This document shows positions 1-12,779 of a stretch of 64,000 nt of DNA, in pieces. The stretch is from positions 3,224,001 to 3,288,000 of the forward strand of contig CATNEN010000038.1 in the NCBI GenBank assembly GCA_950097015.1. Reading direction: 5' to 3'. This DNA is from Macrostomum hystrix. Lineage: Eukaryota > Animalia > Platyhelminthes. Position 1 is the first letter of the stretch; every line of letters starts with the position of its first letter. Made by a program: the position numbers and the translations under genes. The notes beneath the pieces were generated by a model. The model was not told where the DNA came from and searched no databases. It saw only the letters and a list, made by a program, of their open reading frames with translations.

Positions 1-710
1 TTTAGCTATGAGCCATGATTCAGACTCTGGTGTAGCAATGATTCAGACTCTGGTTTAGTCATGATTCAGACTCTGGTTTAGCTATGATTCAAACTCTGGT
101 TTAGCCATGATTCAGACTCTGGTGTAGCCATGATTCAGACTCTGGTGTAGCAATGATTCAGACTTTGGTTTAGCCATGATTCAGACTCTGGTTTAGCCAT
201 GATTCAGACTCTGGTTTAGCCATGATTCAGACTCTGGTGTAGCCATGATTCAGACTCTGGTTTAGCCATGATTCAGACTCTGGTTTAGCCATGATCCAGA
301 CTCTGGTTTAGCCATGATTCAGACTCTGGTGTAGCCATGATTCAGACTCTGGTTTAGCCATGATCCAGACTCTGGTTTAGCCTTGATTCAGACTCTGGTT
401 TAGCCATGATTCAGACTCTGGTTTAGCCATGATTCAGACTCTGGTTTTGCCATGATTCAGACTCTGGTGTAGCCATGATTCAGACTCTGGTTTTGCCATG
501 ATTCAGACTCTGGTGTAGCCATGATTCAGACTCTGGTGTAGCCATGATTCAGACTCTGGTGTAGCCATGATTCAGACTCTGGTTTAGCCATGATTCAAAC
601 TCTGGGTTAGCCATGATTCAAAATCTGGTTTAGCCATGATTCAAACTCTGGGTTAGCCATGATTCAAGCTCTATTTTTGCCATGATTCAAAATCAGGTTT
701 GCTATGATTT
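1..710. repeat. 23-bp minisatellite (TTAGCCATGATTCAGACTCTGGT)n inside Helitron A
   Basis: Directly visible tandem 23-mers. Confidence 0.95.
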
Positions 711-1279
711 ATGATATTTTATTTACGAAATAAAAAAAAAATCAAAATAATCTTCAATCACTACTGGCTGAAAATTAGTCTAAATGATTTGACGCAGTGC
801 AGAATCGAACCCTAGCCTAGCCTATAACCTATTCCTAGTGCCTACACATCGGCTATTCCGACTGTTGGTTAGTGGGTGCAAAAATCAGCCTTATAAAATG
901 AATTCTTAAAGTTCTGGCTTTGTACAATGAAGTGAGAAAATAGAGTACACTCAGTCTCGCGGTTGGTTGTGTACATTTATTTCCAATTTGTCTCCAGAGT
1001 GCAGGCTTCTAACTCAGTCAGCGAGGGGGTGTTGCGCAATTTGACGATGCAATTCCAATTCAGCGGCAGTGAGTAAAATTCTCAATAGGCCAAGATGGTT
1101 TGACCTTTGAAAAATCATGTTTTTCGAATATTTAATCCCTTTAGCAATAAAGTTAAGCTTAATAAAAATACGTGTAAAATTGTCCCCATATTTGGCATCT
1201 TTTGGTGAAGAAATGGTGAAAATCGGTTGAGCGGTTCGGGAGAAAATCAATTACAACCAAGCAAGCATTTCATTTTTAG
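1..1279 (-). mobile_element. Non-autonomous Helitron type A, 5' part only (cut by the window edge; head tip deleted)
   Basis: 700-1279 closely matches 6660-7260 and, inverted, 50335-50940. It joins the next unit through a shared TAG (catttttag|ctgcc), with loss of the terminal ~10-15 nt. Confidence 0.85.
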
Positions 1280-2619
1280 CTGCCTTCGCTACCCTCTGGG
1301 TAGCCTCCCTGTGAGTTCTTATCAGTACGCGCGTGCGTTATCAAAACTGGCTCTGATGCAATCATTAAAATTGGCACTGGAGGCCTCACTGTGCACAAGC
1401 TGAAAACAAGAATGCATTAGAAAAGCCTATTTAAAACTGTTTTTCGAATATTTAATCCCCTTGGCAATGGAATTAAGCTTAATAAAATTACGTGTACCGA
1501 TTCCGGCCCATTTGTGATCTTTTGGCGAAGGAATTTTGAAAATCGGTTGAGCCGTTCGGGAGCTAGTCGATTGCAAACATACAAGCAAGCAAGATTTTCA
1601 TTTTTAGTATAATAGACTAGCTGCCTTCGCTACCCTCTGGGTAGCCTCACTGGAGTTCTTATCAGTTCGTTATCAAAACTGGCTCTGATGCAATCATTAA
1701 AGTTGGCACTGGAGCCTCACTGTGCACAAGCTGAAAACAAGAATGCATTAGAAAAGCCTATTTAAAACTGTTTTTCGAATATTTAATCCCCTTGCCAATG
1801 GAATTAAGCTTAATAAAATTACGTGTACCGATTCCGGCCCATTTGTGATTTTTTGGCGAAGGAATTTTGAAAATCGGTTGAGCCGTTCGGGAGCTAGTCG
1901 ATTGCAAACAAACATACAAGATTTTCATTTTTAGTATATAAGAAGACTAGCTGCCTTCGCTACCCTCTGGGTAGCCTCACTGGAGTTCTTATCAGTTCGT
2001 TATCAAAACTGGCTCAGATGCAATCATTAAAGTTGGCACTGGAGCCTCACTGTGCACAAGCTGAAAACAAGAATGCATTAGAAAAGCCTATTTAAAACAG
2101 TTTTTCGAATATTTAATCCCCTTGGCAATGGAATTAAGCTTAATAAAAATACGTGTACCGATTCCGGCCCAATTGCGATCTTTTAGTGAAAGAATTTTGA
2201 AAATCGGTTGAGCCGTTCGGGAGCTAGTCGATTGCAAACATACAAACATACAAACATACAAACAAGACTTTCATTTTTAGTATATTAACTAGCTGCCTTC
2301 GCTACCCTCTGGGTAGCCTCCCTTGAGTTCTTATCAGTGCCTTATCAAAATTGGCTCTGATGCAATCATTAAAATTGGCACTGGAGCCTCACTGTGCACA
2401 AGCTGAAAACAAGAATGCATTAGAAAAGCCTATTTAAAACAGTTTTTCGAATATTTAATCCCCTTGGCAATGAAATTAAGCTTAATAAAAATACGTGTAC
2501 CGATTCCGGCCCATTTGTGATCTTTTGGCGAAGGAATTTTGAAAATCGGTTGAGCCGTTCGGGAGCTAGTCGATTGCAAACATACAAACATACAAGATTT
2601 TCATTTTTAGTATATTAGA
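1277..2619 (-). mobile_element. Four ~330-340-bp mini-Helitrons (type B) in tandem
   Basis: Each has a minus-strand 3' end GCTACCC-AGA-GGGTAGC hairpin + GAAGGCAG + CTAG and a ~300-bp 5' part shared with the autonomous element. Confidence 0.9.
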
Positions 2620-2712
2620 CTAGCAAGTTTTGCCCCCCTTCGGGGAGCAGAAATACTTTTAATTCGTCTAGTATATACTTTTTAGCAGCTGAATTTACAG
2701 CTTTTTAAAGCT

Positions 2713-4818
2713 ACAATGAACCCCCAGTTGACAATGATCCCCCAGTTGACAATGATCCCCCACTTGACAATGAACCCCCAGTTGACAATGAACCCCCAGT
2801 TGACAACGATCCCACAGTTGACAATGATCCCCCATTTGACAATGATCCCCCAGTTGACAATGATCCCACAGTTAACAATGATCCCCCAGTTGACAAAGAT
2901 CCCCCAGTTCACAATGATCACCCAGTTGATGATGATCCCCCAGTTGATGATGATCCCCCAGTTGACAATGAACCCCCAGTTGACAATGAACCCCCAGTTG
3001 ACAACGATCCCACAGTTGACAATGATCCCCCATTTGACAATGATCCCCCAGTTGACAATGATCCCACAGTTGACAATGATCCCCCAGTTGACAAAGATCC
3101 CCCAGTTCACAATGATCACCCAGTTGATGATGATCCCCCAGTTGATGATGATCCCCCAGTTGAAAATGATCCCCCAGTTGACAATGATCCCCCAGTTGAC
3201 AATGATCCCCCAGTTGACAATGATCCCCCAGTTAACAAAGATCCCCCAGTTCACAATGATCCCCCAGTTGATGAAGTCTCCCCATTGATGATGATCCCCA
3301 GTTAACAATGTTCCTCCATTTGACAATGTTCCCCCAGTTGACAATGATCCCCCAGTTGATGATGATCACCCAGTTGACAATGATCCCCCAGTTGATGATG
3401 ATCCCCCAGTTGACAATGAACCCCCAGTTGACAATGAACCCCCAGTTGACAACGATCCCACAGTTGACAATGATCCCCCATTTGACAATGATCCCCCAGT
3501 TGACAATGATCCCACAGTTGACAATGATCCCCCAGTTGACAAAGATCCCCCAGTTCACAATGATCACCCAGTTGATGATGATCCCCCAGTTGATGATGAT
3601 CCCCCAGTTGAAAATGATCCCCCAGTTGACAATGATCCCCCATTTGACAATGATCCCCCAGTTGACAATGATCCCCCAGTTAACAAAGATCCCCCAGTTC
3701 ACAATGATCCCCCAGTTGATGAAGTCTCCCCATTGATGATGATCCCCAGTTAACAATGTTCCTCCATTTGACAATGTTCCCCCAGTTAACAATGATCCCC
3801 CAGTTGATGATGATCACCCAGTTGACAATGATCCCCCAGTTGACAATGATCCCCCAGTTGACAATGATCCCCCAGTTGACAATGATCCCCCAGTTGACAA
3901 TGATCCCCCAGTTAATGATGATCCCCCAGTTGAAAATGATCCCCCAGTTGACAATGATCCCCCAGTTGAGAATGATCCCCCAGTTGACAATGATCCCCCA
4001 GTTAACAAAGATCCCCCAGTTCACAATGATCCCCCAGTTGATGAAGTCTCCCCATTGATGATGATCCCTAGTTAACAATGTTCCTCCAGTTGACAATGTT
4101 CCCCCAGTTGACAATGATCCCCCAGTTGATGATGATCCCCCAGTTGACAATGATCCCCCAGTTGACAATGATCCCCCAGTTGACAATGATCCCCCAGTTG
4201 ACAATGATCCCGCCGGTTGACAATGATCCCACAGTTGACAATGAACCCCCAGTTGACAATGATCCCCCAGTTGATGATGATCCCCCAGTTGACAATGATC
4301 CCCCAGTTGACAATGATCCCCCAGTTGACAATGATCCCCCAGTTGACAATGATCCCGCCGGTTGACAATGATCCCACAGTTGACAATGAACCCCCAGTTG
4401 ACAATGATCCCCCAGTTGATGATGATCCCCCAGTTGACAATGATCCCCCAGTTGACAATGATCCCCCAGTTGACAATGAACCCCCAGTTGACAATTATCC
4501 CACAGTTGACAATGATCCCCCAGTTGACAAAGATCCCCCAGTTCACAATGATCACCCAGTTGATGATGATCCCCCAGTTGATGATGATCCCCCAGTTGAA
4601 AATGATCCCCCAGTTGACAATGAACCCCCAGTTGACAAAGATCCCCCAGTTGACAATGATCCCCCATTTGACAATGATCCCCCAGTTGACAATGATCCCC
4701 CAGTTGACAATGATCCCCCGGTTGACATTGATCCCCCAGTCGACAATTATCCCCCAGTTTACCATGATCCCCCAGTTCACCATGATCCCCATTTTGATGA
4801 TGACTCCCCAGTTGACGT
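2713..4818. repeat. 18-bp minisatellite (GTTGACAATGATCCCCCA)n
   Basis: Tandem 18-mers with higher-order blocks. These produce the MIPQLT / NWGIIV / QLGDHC repeat ORFs. Confidence 0.95.
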
Positions 4819-4879
4819 TGATTTTTCAAACAGGTTAGCCAAGATTCAAACTCAGGTTTCGCCATGTTTTAAACCCTGG

Positions 4880-6680
4880 TGGGCTATGATTCAAACTCTC
4901 GTTTTGCCATGATTCAGACTCTGGTTGGCTATGATTCAAACTCTGGTTTAGCCATGATTCGGACGCTGGTTTAGCCATGATTCAGACGCTGGTTTAGCCA
5001 TGATTGAAACTCTGGTTTAGCCATGATTCAAATTCTGGTTTAGCCATGATTCAGACGCTGGTTTAGCCATGATTCAGACGCTGGTTTAGCCATGATTCAG
5101 ACTCTGGTTTAGCCATGATTCAGACTCTAGTTTAGCCATGATTCAGACTCTGGTTTAGCCATGATTCAGACTCTATTTTAGCCATGATTCAGACTATGGT
5201 TTAGCCATGATTCAGACTCCAGTTTTGCCATGATTCAGACTCTGGTTTAGCCATGATTCAGACTCTGGTTTAGCCATGATTCAGACTCTGGTTAAGCCAT
5301 GATTCAGACTCTGGTTTAGCCATGATTTAAATTCTGGTTAAGCCATGATTCAGACTCTGGTTTAGCCATGATTCAAACTCTGGTTAAGCCATGATTCAAA
5401 CTCTGGTTTAGCCATGATTCAAACTCTGGTTTAGCCATGATTCAGACGCTGGTTTAGCCATGATTCAGACTCTGGTTTAGCCATGATTCAGACTCTGGTT
5501 TAGCCATGATACAGACTCTGGTTTAGCCATGATTCAAACTCTGGTTTAGCCATGATTCAAACTCTGGTTTAGCCATGATTCAGACGCTGGTTTAGCCATG
5601 ATTCAGACGCTGGTTTAGCCATGATTCAGACTCTAGTTTAGCCATGATTCAGACTCTGGTTTAGCCATGATTCAAACTCTATTTTAGCCATGATTCAGAC
5701 TATGGTTTAGCCATGATTCAGACTCCAGTTTTGCCATGATTCAGACTCTGGTTTAGCCATGATTCAGACTCTGGTTTAGCCATGATTCAAACTCTGGTTT
5801 AGCCATGATTCAAACTCTGGTTTAGCCATGATTCAGACTCTGGTTTAACCATGATTCAAACGCTGGTTTAGCCATGATTCAAACTCTGGTTTAGCCATGA
5901 TTCAAACGATGGTTTAGCCATGATTCAAACTCTGGTTTAGCTATGATTCAAAATCTGGTTTAGCCATGATTCAAACGATGGTTTAGCCATGATTCAAACT
6001 CTGGTTTAGCCATGATTCAAACTCTGGTTTAGCCATGATTCAAACTCTGGTTGGCCATGATTCAAACTCTGGTTTTGCCATGATTCAAACTCTGGTTTAG
6101 CCATGATTCAAACGATGGTTTAGCCACGATTCAAACTCTGGTTTAGCCATGATTCAAACTCTGGTTGGCCATGATTCAAACTCTGGTTTTGCCATGATTC
6201 AAACTCTGGTTTAGCCATGATTCAAACGATGGTTTAGCCATGATTCAGACTCTGGTTTAGCCATGATTCAAACTCTGGTTTAGCCATGATTCAAACGATG
6301 GTTTAGCCATGATTCAAACGCTGGTTTAGCCATGATTCAAACTCTGGTTGGCCATGATTCAAACTCTGGTTTTGCCATGATTCAAACTCTGGTTTAGCCA
6401 TGATTCAAACGCTGGTTTAGCCATGATTCAAGCTCTGGTTTAGCCATGATTCAGACTCTGGTTTAGGCATGATTCAAACTCTGGTTTAGCCATGATTCAG
6501 ACTCCAGTTTTGCCATGATTCAGACTCTGGTTTAGCCATGATTCAGACTCTGGTTTAGCCATGATTCAGACTCTGGTTTAGCCATGATTCAAACTCTGGT
6601 TTAGCCATGATTCAGACTATGGTTTAGCCATGATTCAAACTCAGGTTTGCTATGACAAACTCAGGTTTGCTATGATTTAT
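4880..6680. repeat. 23-bp minisatellite (TTAGCCATGATTCARACTCTGGT)n
   Basis: Tandem 23-mers. Confidence 0.95.
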
Positions 6681-7273
6681 GATATTTTATTTACGAAATG
6701 AAAAAATAAATTAAAATAATCTTCAATCACTACTGGCTGAAAATTAGTCTAAATGATTTGACGCAGTGCAGAATCGAACCCTAGCCTAGCCTATAACCTA
6801 TTCCTAGTGCCTACACATCGGCTATTCCGACTGTTGGTTAGTGGGTGCAAAAATCAGCCTTATAAAATGAATTCTCAAAGTTCTGGCTTTGTACAATGAA
6901 GTAAGAAAATAGAGTACACTCAGTCTCGCGGTTGGTTGTGTACATTTATTTCCAATTTGTCTCCAGAGTGCAGGCTTCAAATTCAATCAGCTAGGGGTTG
7001 TTGCGCAATTTGACGACGCAATTCTAATTCAGTGGCTGTCAGTGAAATTCTCAATAGGCCAAGATGGTTTGACCTTTGAAAAAATCATGTTTTTCGAATA
7101 TTTAATCCCTTTAGCAATAAAGTTAAGCTTAATAAAAATACGTGTATAATTGTCCCCATATTTAGCATCTTTTGGTGAAGAAATGGTGAAAATCGGTTGA
7201 GCCGTTCGGGAGAAAATCAATTACAAGCAACCAACCAACCAACCAAGCATTTCATTTTTAGTATAGTGGAAGA

Positions 7274-10200
7274 CTAGCAATGCTGAGCCTAGTTATCTAT
7301 AAAAGTGTTGAGCCTAGATAACTATCAATGCTGAGCCTAGTTTTCTATCGATTCTGACCCTTGGAACCTATCAATTCTGAGCTTGGATATCTATCAATGC
7401 TGAGCCTAGATATCTATCAATGTTGAGCCTAGATAACTATCAATGCTGAGCCTAGTTATCTATAAAAATGTTGAGCCTAGATAACTATCAATGCTGAGCC
7501 TAGATAACTATCAATGCTGAGCCTAGATAACTATCAATGCTGTGCCTAGATAGCTATCAATGCTGAGCCTAGATAACTATCAATGCTGTGCCTAGAGAAC
7601 TATCAATCCTAAGCCTAGATAACTATCAATGCTGAGCCTAGATAGCAATCAATGCTGAGCCTAGGTAACTATCAATGCTGAGCCTAGGTAACTATCAATG
7701 CTAAGCCTAGGTAACTATCAATGCTGAGCCTAGGTAACTATCAATGCTGAGCCTAGGTAACTATCAATGCTAAGCCTAGATAACTATCAATGCTCAGCCT
7801 AGGTAACTATCAATGCTGAGCCTAGGTAACTATCAATGCTGAGCCTAGGTAACTATCAATGCTGAGCCTAGGTAACTATCAATGCTGAGCCTAGTTATCT
7901 ATAAAAATGTTGAGCCTAGATAACTATCAATCCTAAGCCTAGATAACTATCAATCCTAAGCCTAGATAACTATCAATGTTGAGCCTAGGTAACTATCAAT
8001 GCTGAGCCTAGGTAACTATCAATGCTGAGCCTAGTTATCTATAAAAATGTTGAGCCTAGATAACTATCAATCCTAAGCCTAGATAACTATCAATCCTAAG
8101 CCTAGATAACTATCAATGTTGAGCCTAGATAACTATCAATGCTGAGCCTAGGTAACTATCAATGCTGAGCCTAGTTATCTATAAAAATGTTGAGCCTAGA
8201 TAACTATCAATGCTGAGCCAAGATAACTATCAATGCTGAGCCTAGATAACTATCAATGCTGTGCCTAGATATCTATCAATGCTGAGCCTAGATATCTATC
8301 AATGTTGAGCCTAGTTAACTATCAATGCTGAGCCTGGATAACTATCAATGTTGAGCCTAGATAACTATCAATGCTGAGCCTAGATATTTATCAATGTTGA
8401 GCCTAGATAACTATCAATGCTGAGCCTAGATAACTATCAATGCTGAGCCTAGAAAACTATCAATGCTGAGCCTAGATAACTATCAATGCTGTGCCTAGAT
8501 GACTATCAATGCTGTGCCTAGTTATCTATAAAAATGTTGAGCCTAGATAACTATCAATGCTGAGCCTAGTTTTCTATCAATTCTGAGCTTGGATATCTAT
8601 CAATGCTGAGCCTAGATAACTATAAAAATGTTGAGCCTAGATACTATCAATGCTGAGCCTAGTTATCTATAAAAATGTTGAGCCTAGATAACTATCAATG
8701 CTGAGCCTAGGTAACTATCAATGCTAAGCCTAGGTAACTATCAATGCTGAGCCTAGGTAACTATCAATGCTGAGCCTAGGTAACTATCAATGCTAAGCCT
8801 AGATACTATCAATGCTGAGCCTAGTTATCTATAAAAGTGTTGAGCCTAGATAACTATCAATGCTGAGCCTAGTTTTCTATCGATTCTGACCCTTGGAACC
8901 TATCAATTCTGAGCTTGGATATCTATCAATGCTGAGCCTAGATATCTATCAATGTTGAGCCTAGATAACTATCAATGCTGAGCCTAGTTATCTATAAAAA
9001 TGTTGAGCCTAGATAACTATCAATGCTGAGCCTAGATAACTATCAATGCTGAGCCTAGATAACTATCAATGCTGTGCCTAGATAGCTATCAATGCTGAGC
9101 CTAGATAACTATCAATGCTGTGCCTAGAGAACTATCAATCCTAAGCCTAGATAACTATCAATGCTGAGCCTAGATAGCAATCAATGCTGAGCCTAGGTAA
9201 CTATCAATGCTGAGCCTAGGTAACTATCAATGCTAAGCCTAGGTAACTATCAATGCTAAGCCTAGGTAACTATCAATGCTGAGCCTAGGTAACTATCAAT
9301 GCTGAGCCTAGGTAACTATCAATGCTAAGCCTAGATAACTATCAATGCTCAGCCTAGGTAACTATCAATGCTGAGCCTAGGTAACTATCAATGCTGAGCC
9401 TAGGTAACTATCAATGCTGAGCCTAGGTAACTATCAATGCTAAGCCTAGGTAACTATCAATGCTGAGCCTAGGTAACTATCAATGCTGAGCCTAGGTAAC
9501 TATCAATGCTAAGCCTAGGTAACTATCAATGCTGAGCCTAGGTAACTATCAATGCTGAGCCTAGTTATCTATAAAAATGTTGAGCCTAGATAACTATCAA
9601 TCCTAAGCCTAGATAACTATCAATCCTAAGCCTAGATAACTATCAATGTTGAGCCTAGATAACTATCAATGCTGAGCCTAGGTAACTATCAATGCTGAGC
9701 CTAGTTATCTATAAAAATGTTGAGCCTAGATAACTATCAATGCTGAGCCTAGTTTTCTATCGATTCTGACCCTTGGAACCTATCAATTCTGAGCTTGGAT
9801 ATCTATCAATGCTGAGCCTAGATATCTATCAATGTTGAGCCTAGATAACTATCAATGCTGAGCCTAGATAACTATCAATGCTGTGCCTAGATAACTATCA
9901 ATGCTGAGCCTAGATAACTATCAATGCTGAGCCTAGATAACTATTAATGCTGAGCCTAGATAACTATCAATGCTGAGCCTAGTTATCTACAAAAATGTTG
10001 TGCCTAGATAACTATCAATGCTGTGCCTAGTTTTCTATCGATTCTGACCCTTGGAACCTATCAATTCTGAGCTTGGATATCTATCAATGCTGAGCCTAGA
10101 TGTCTATAAAAATGTTGATCCTAGATATTTATCGATTCTGAGCCTAGTAATCTATCAATTCTGGGCCTAGATTTATATCAATGCTGAGCCTAGTTAACTA

Positions 10201-11094
10201 TCAATGCTGAGCCTAGATAACAATTGATGCTGTGCCTAGATATCTATAAAAATGTTGAGCATAGATAACTATCAATGCTGTGCCTAGATAACTATCAATG
10301 CTGAGCCTAGTTAACTATCAATGCTGAGCCTAGTTAACTATCAATGCTGAGCCTAGATAACAATTGATGCTGTGCCTAGATATCTATAAAAATGTTGAGC
10401 ATAGATAACTATCAATGCTGTGCCTAGATAACTATCAATGCTGAGCCTAGATATCTATCAATGCTTTTGCAAGTAAGTAAGCAAGTAAGCAAGTAGGTAA
10501 GCAAGTATAATCAAGAAATGTTACTTGCTGCCAAGAAAGGCCGATCACTTGAATCAATGCAGTTCTCAGCTGTTGCCTTTGGAGTATGCTGTGATGTGAA
10601 TGAATCTGCTATAATTGAAATCTGCTATATCTGCTAAATGAGTTTGAATAAAACTCAATAAATAAAAATAAAAAAATATCTCAGTGCCGAACAGATAACA
10701 GAAGCCAGCTCAGCCTGTGCACATTGGACAGTAATTATCTCGCCAGTGGGGTTGACACAGCTATGCACATTTGGGTGAGAAATTCCTTATCAGTACGCTC
10801 GCCTAACAAAACTGGCTCTGATGCAATCATTAAATTTGGCACTGGAGGCCTCACTGTGCACAAGCTGAAAACAAGAATGCATTAGAAAAGCCTATTTAAA
10901 ACAGTTTTTCGAATATTTAATCCCCTTGGCAATGGAATTAAGCTTAATAAAAATACGTGTACCGATTCCGGCCCATTTGTGATCTTTTGGCGAAGGAATT
11001 GTGAAAATCGGTTGAGCCGTTCGGGAGCTAGTCGATTGCAAACATACAAGCAAGCAAGCAAGCAAGCAAGATTTTCATTTTTAGTATATTAATA
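7274..11094 (-). mobile_element. Non-autonomous Helitron type C, copy 1 (5' ~560 bp like the autonomous element + expanded 23-bp satellite)
   Basis: 10535-11094 is homologous to 20655-21185. The element ends at a CTAG inside the satellite. A near-identical copy lies at +27034. Confidence 0.88.
7278..10465. repeat. 23-bp minisatellite (TCAATGCTGAGCCTAGATAACTA)n
   Basis: Tandem 23-mers; the variant series starting at 7278 recurs at 8810 (higher-order duplication). Confidence 0.95.
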
Positions 11095-11351
11095 CTAGCA
11101 ATTTGTGCCCCCCTTTGGGGAGCTTAAACCTAAAGGCAACTTTGAAATTATGAAACAATTTTGGTTAGTCAATAAAAAAATGTATAGCAGCTAACGAAGT
11201 TCAGTATTTAAACAAACAAAAATGTAAACTTTTATTGACGACCTAATAAAATGAAATAAAATAAAATCTCTTTTATTGATGCTCCTTTGTCCTTTACCAT
11301 ACAAATCTAGACAGTCCCTTGTCCAAATATATACTGATTTAGGTGCTGATT

Positions 11352-11970
11352 CAGATGCATCTGCAGAAATCGCCACCAGCAAGACCAGAAACCCTGCACA
11401 GTTTGATCAACTGGATCTATTCCCAGGTGTCAGTCTTTCTACTTGCTGGCTTCAAGTCCGCATGGGAGATTGAATTTGAGAAGTCAATAATAGTAAAATA
11501 AGAAATGTAGCAATCAATCCACTTTAGGCCAGTTAATAACTGCAAACTCATTCTCACATATTTCAGTGACAATAAAATTAGTAGTGAGGTGGGGGTTGGG
11601 CAGATGCTTCTGCAGAGTTTGCCACCAGCAAGACCAGAAACCCTGCACAGTTTGATCAAATTGATCTATTCCCAGGTGTCAGTCTTTCTACTTGCTGGCT
11701 TCAAGTCCGCATGGGAGATTGAATTTGAGAAGTCAATAATAGTAAAATAAGAAATGTAGCAATCAATCCACTTTAGGCCAGTTAATAACTGCAAACTCAT
11801 TCTCACATATTTCAGTGACAATAAAATTAGTAGTGAGGTGGGGGTTGGGCAGATGCTTCTGCAGAGTTTGCCACCAGCAAGACCAGAAACCCTGCACAGT
11901 TTGATCAAATGGATCTATTCTCAGGTGTCAGTCTTTCTGCTTGCTGGCTTCAACTCCGCATCGTGGGAGA
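11352..11970. repeat. ~2.5 copies of a 249-bp tandem repeat in the Helitron 3' region (also at +12127)
   Basis: GCCACCAGCAAGACCAGAAACCC recurs at 11372, 11621 and 11870. Confidence 0.9.
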
Positions 11971-12222
11971 CATGCATGGGGGCTAAGCAATGCACTCAGC
12001 ACACTCAGCAGCTGGGAACAGCTGTTTACTCTCGAATTAAGCATCACAAGGAGCCTACAGGTCTGCTAAGGCTACTTCAGACCATGGTTGCATAGTCTCT
12101 CCAGTTTAAGCAGAAGAAAGTATGGATCATGAAAGTAGCGAACATGTACTTTTCAACTGCTTCTCAGGGCCCACACTATGCAGCCAACCTGCTCTCACTA
12201 CAGTGGCACGAAACCTTACAAT

Positions 12223-12511
12223 GCTAATCTATATTTGTCTACATTTTATTTTCAAGCTTTTGCTTGCAATTTTCGCACATGAAGTGCTCAATTATTTCTA
12301 GCTAATCTATATTTGTCTACATTTTATTTTCAAGCTTTTGCTTGCAATTTTCGCACATGAAGTGCTCAATTATTTCTAGCTAATCTATATTTGTCTAATT
12401 TTTTTCAAGCTTTTGCCTGCAATTTTCGCACATGAAGTGCTCAATTATTTCTAGCTAATCTATATTTGTCTAATTTTTTTCAAGCTTTTACTTGCAATTT
12501 TCGCACATGAA
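12223..12511. repeat. ~3.7 copies of a 75-78-bp tandem repeat (also at +12127)
   Basis: GCTAATCTATATTTGTCTA recurs at 12223, 12301, 12379 and 12454. Confidence 0.9.
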
Positions 12512-12779
12512 TGAGTAATTCTTTTCTATAATAGCTAGAATTATGTTTGTATCTGTTTGTTAATTAGCGAGCTTGAGTAGCATCGCATTTTTTCAAAATT
12601 TTATATGCTTCAGCTTTTGGCTGGTAATAATCTGACTAAATGGCTTTAACTATGGTGGTGCACTTGTTTTTAAGGTTTTTAGTGCCACTGTAACAGGATT
12701 TGAACTGATATGCCTTCCATGGGCCCATGGTGTTAAACACCATTTACATATCAGGTGGCTCAACTTGTGATACCGAGGT

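Larger units (their letters stand above)
2620..7273 (-). mobile_element. Non-autonomous Helitron type A (4.65 kb; 18-bp and 23-bp satellites)
   Basis: Minus strand starts TCT-TCCACTATACTAAAAATG and ends GCTCCCCGAAGGGGGGC-AAAACTTG-CTAG. Same element as the solo copy at 50326-56113. Confidence 0.92.

Noticed and set aside
2682-4912. Long repetitive ORFs (MIPQLT, NWGIIV, QLGDHC, STGGSL), also 54991-56051
   Set aside because: By-products of an 18-bp repeat that is open in several frames on both strands, with frameshifts and no gene structure.
1-10465. CRISPR-like appearance of the 23-bp repeats and 340-bp units
   Set aside because: No unique spacers, no cas genes, eukaryotic context; these are tandem satellites and mini-Helitrons.
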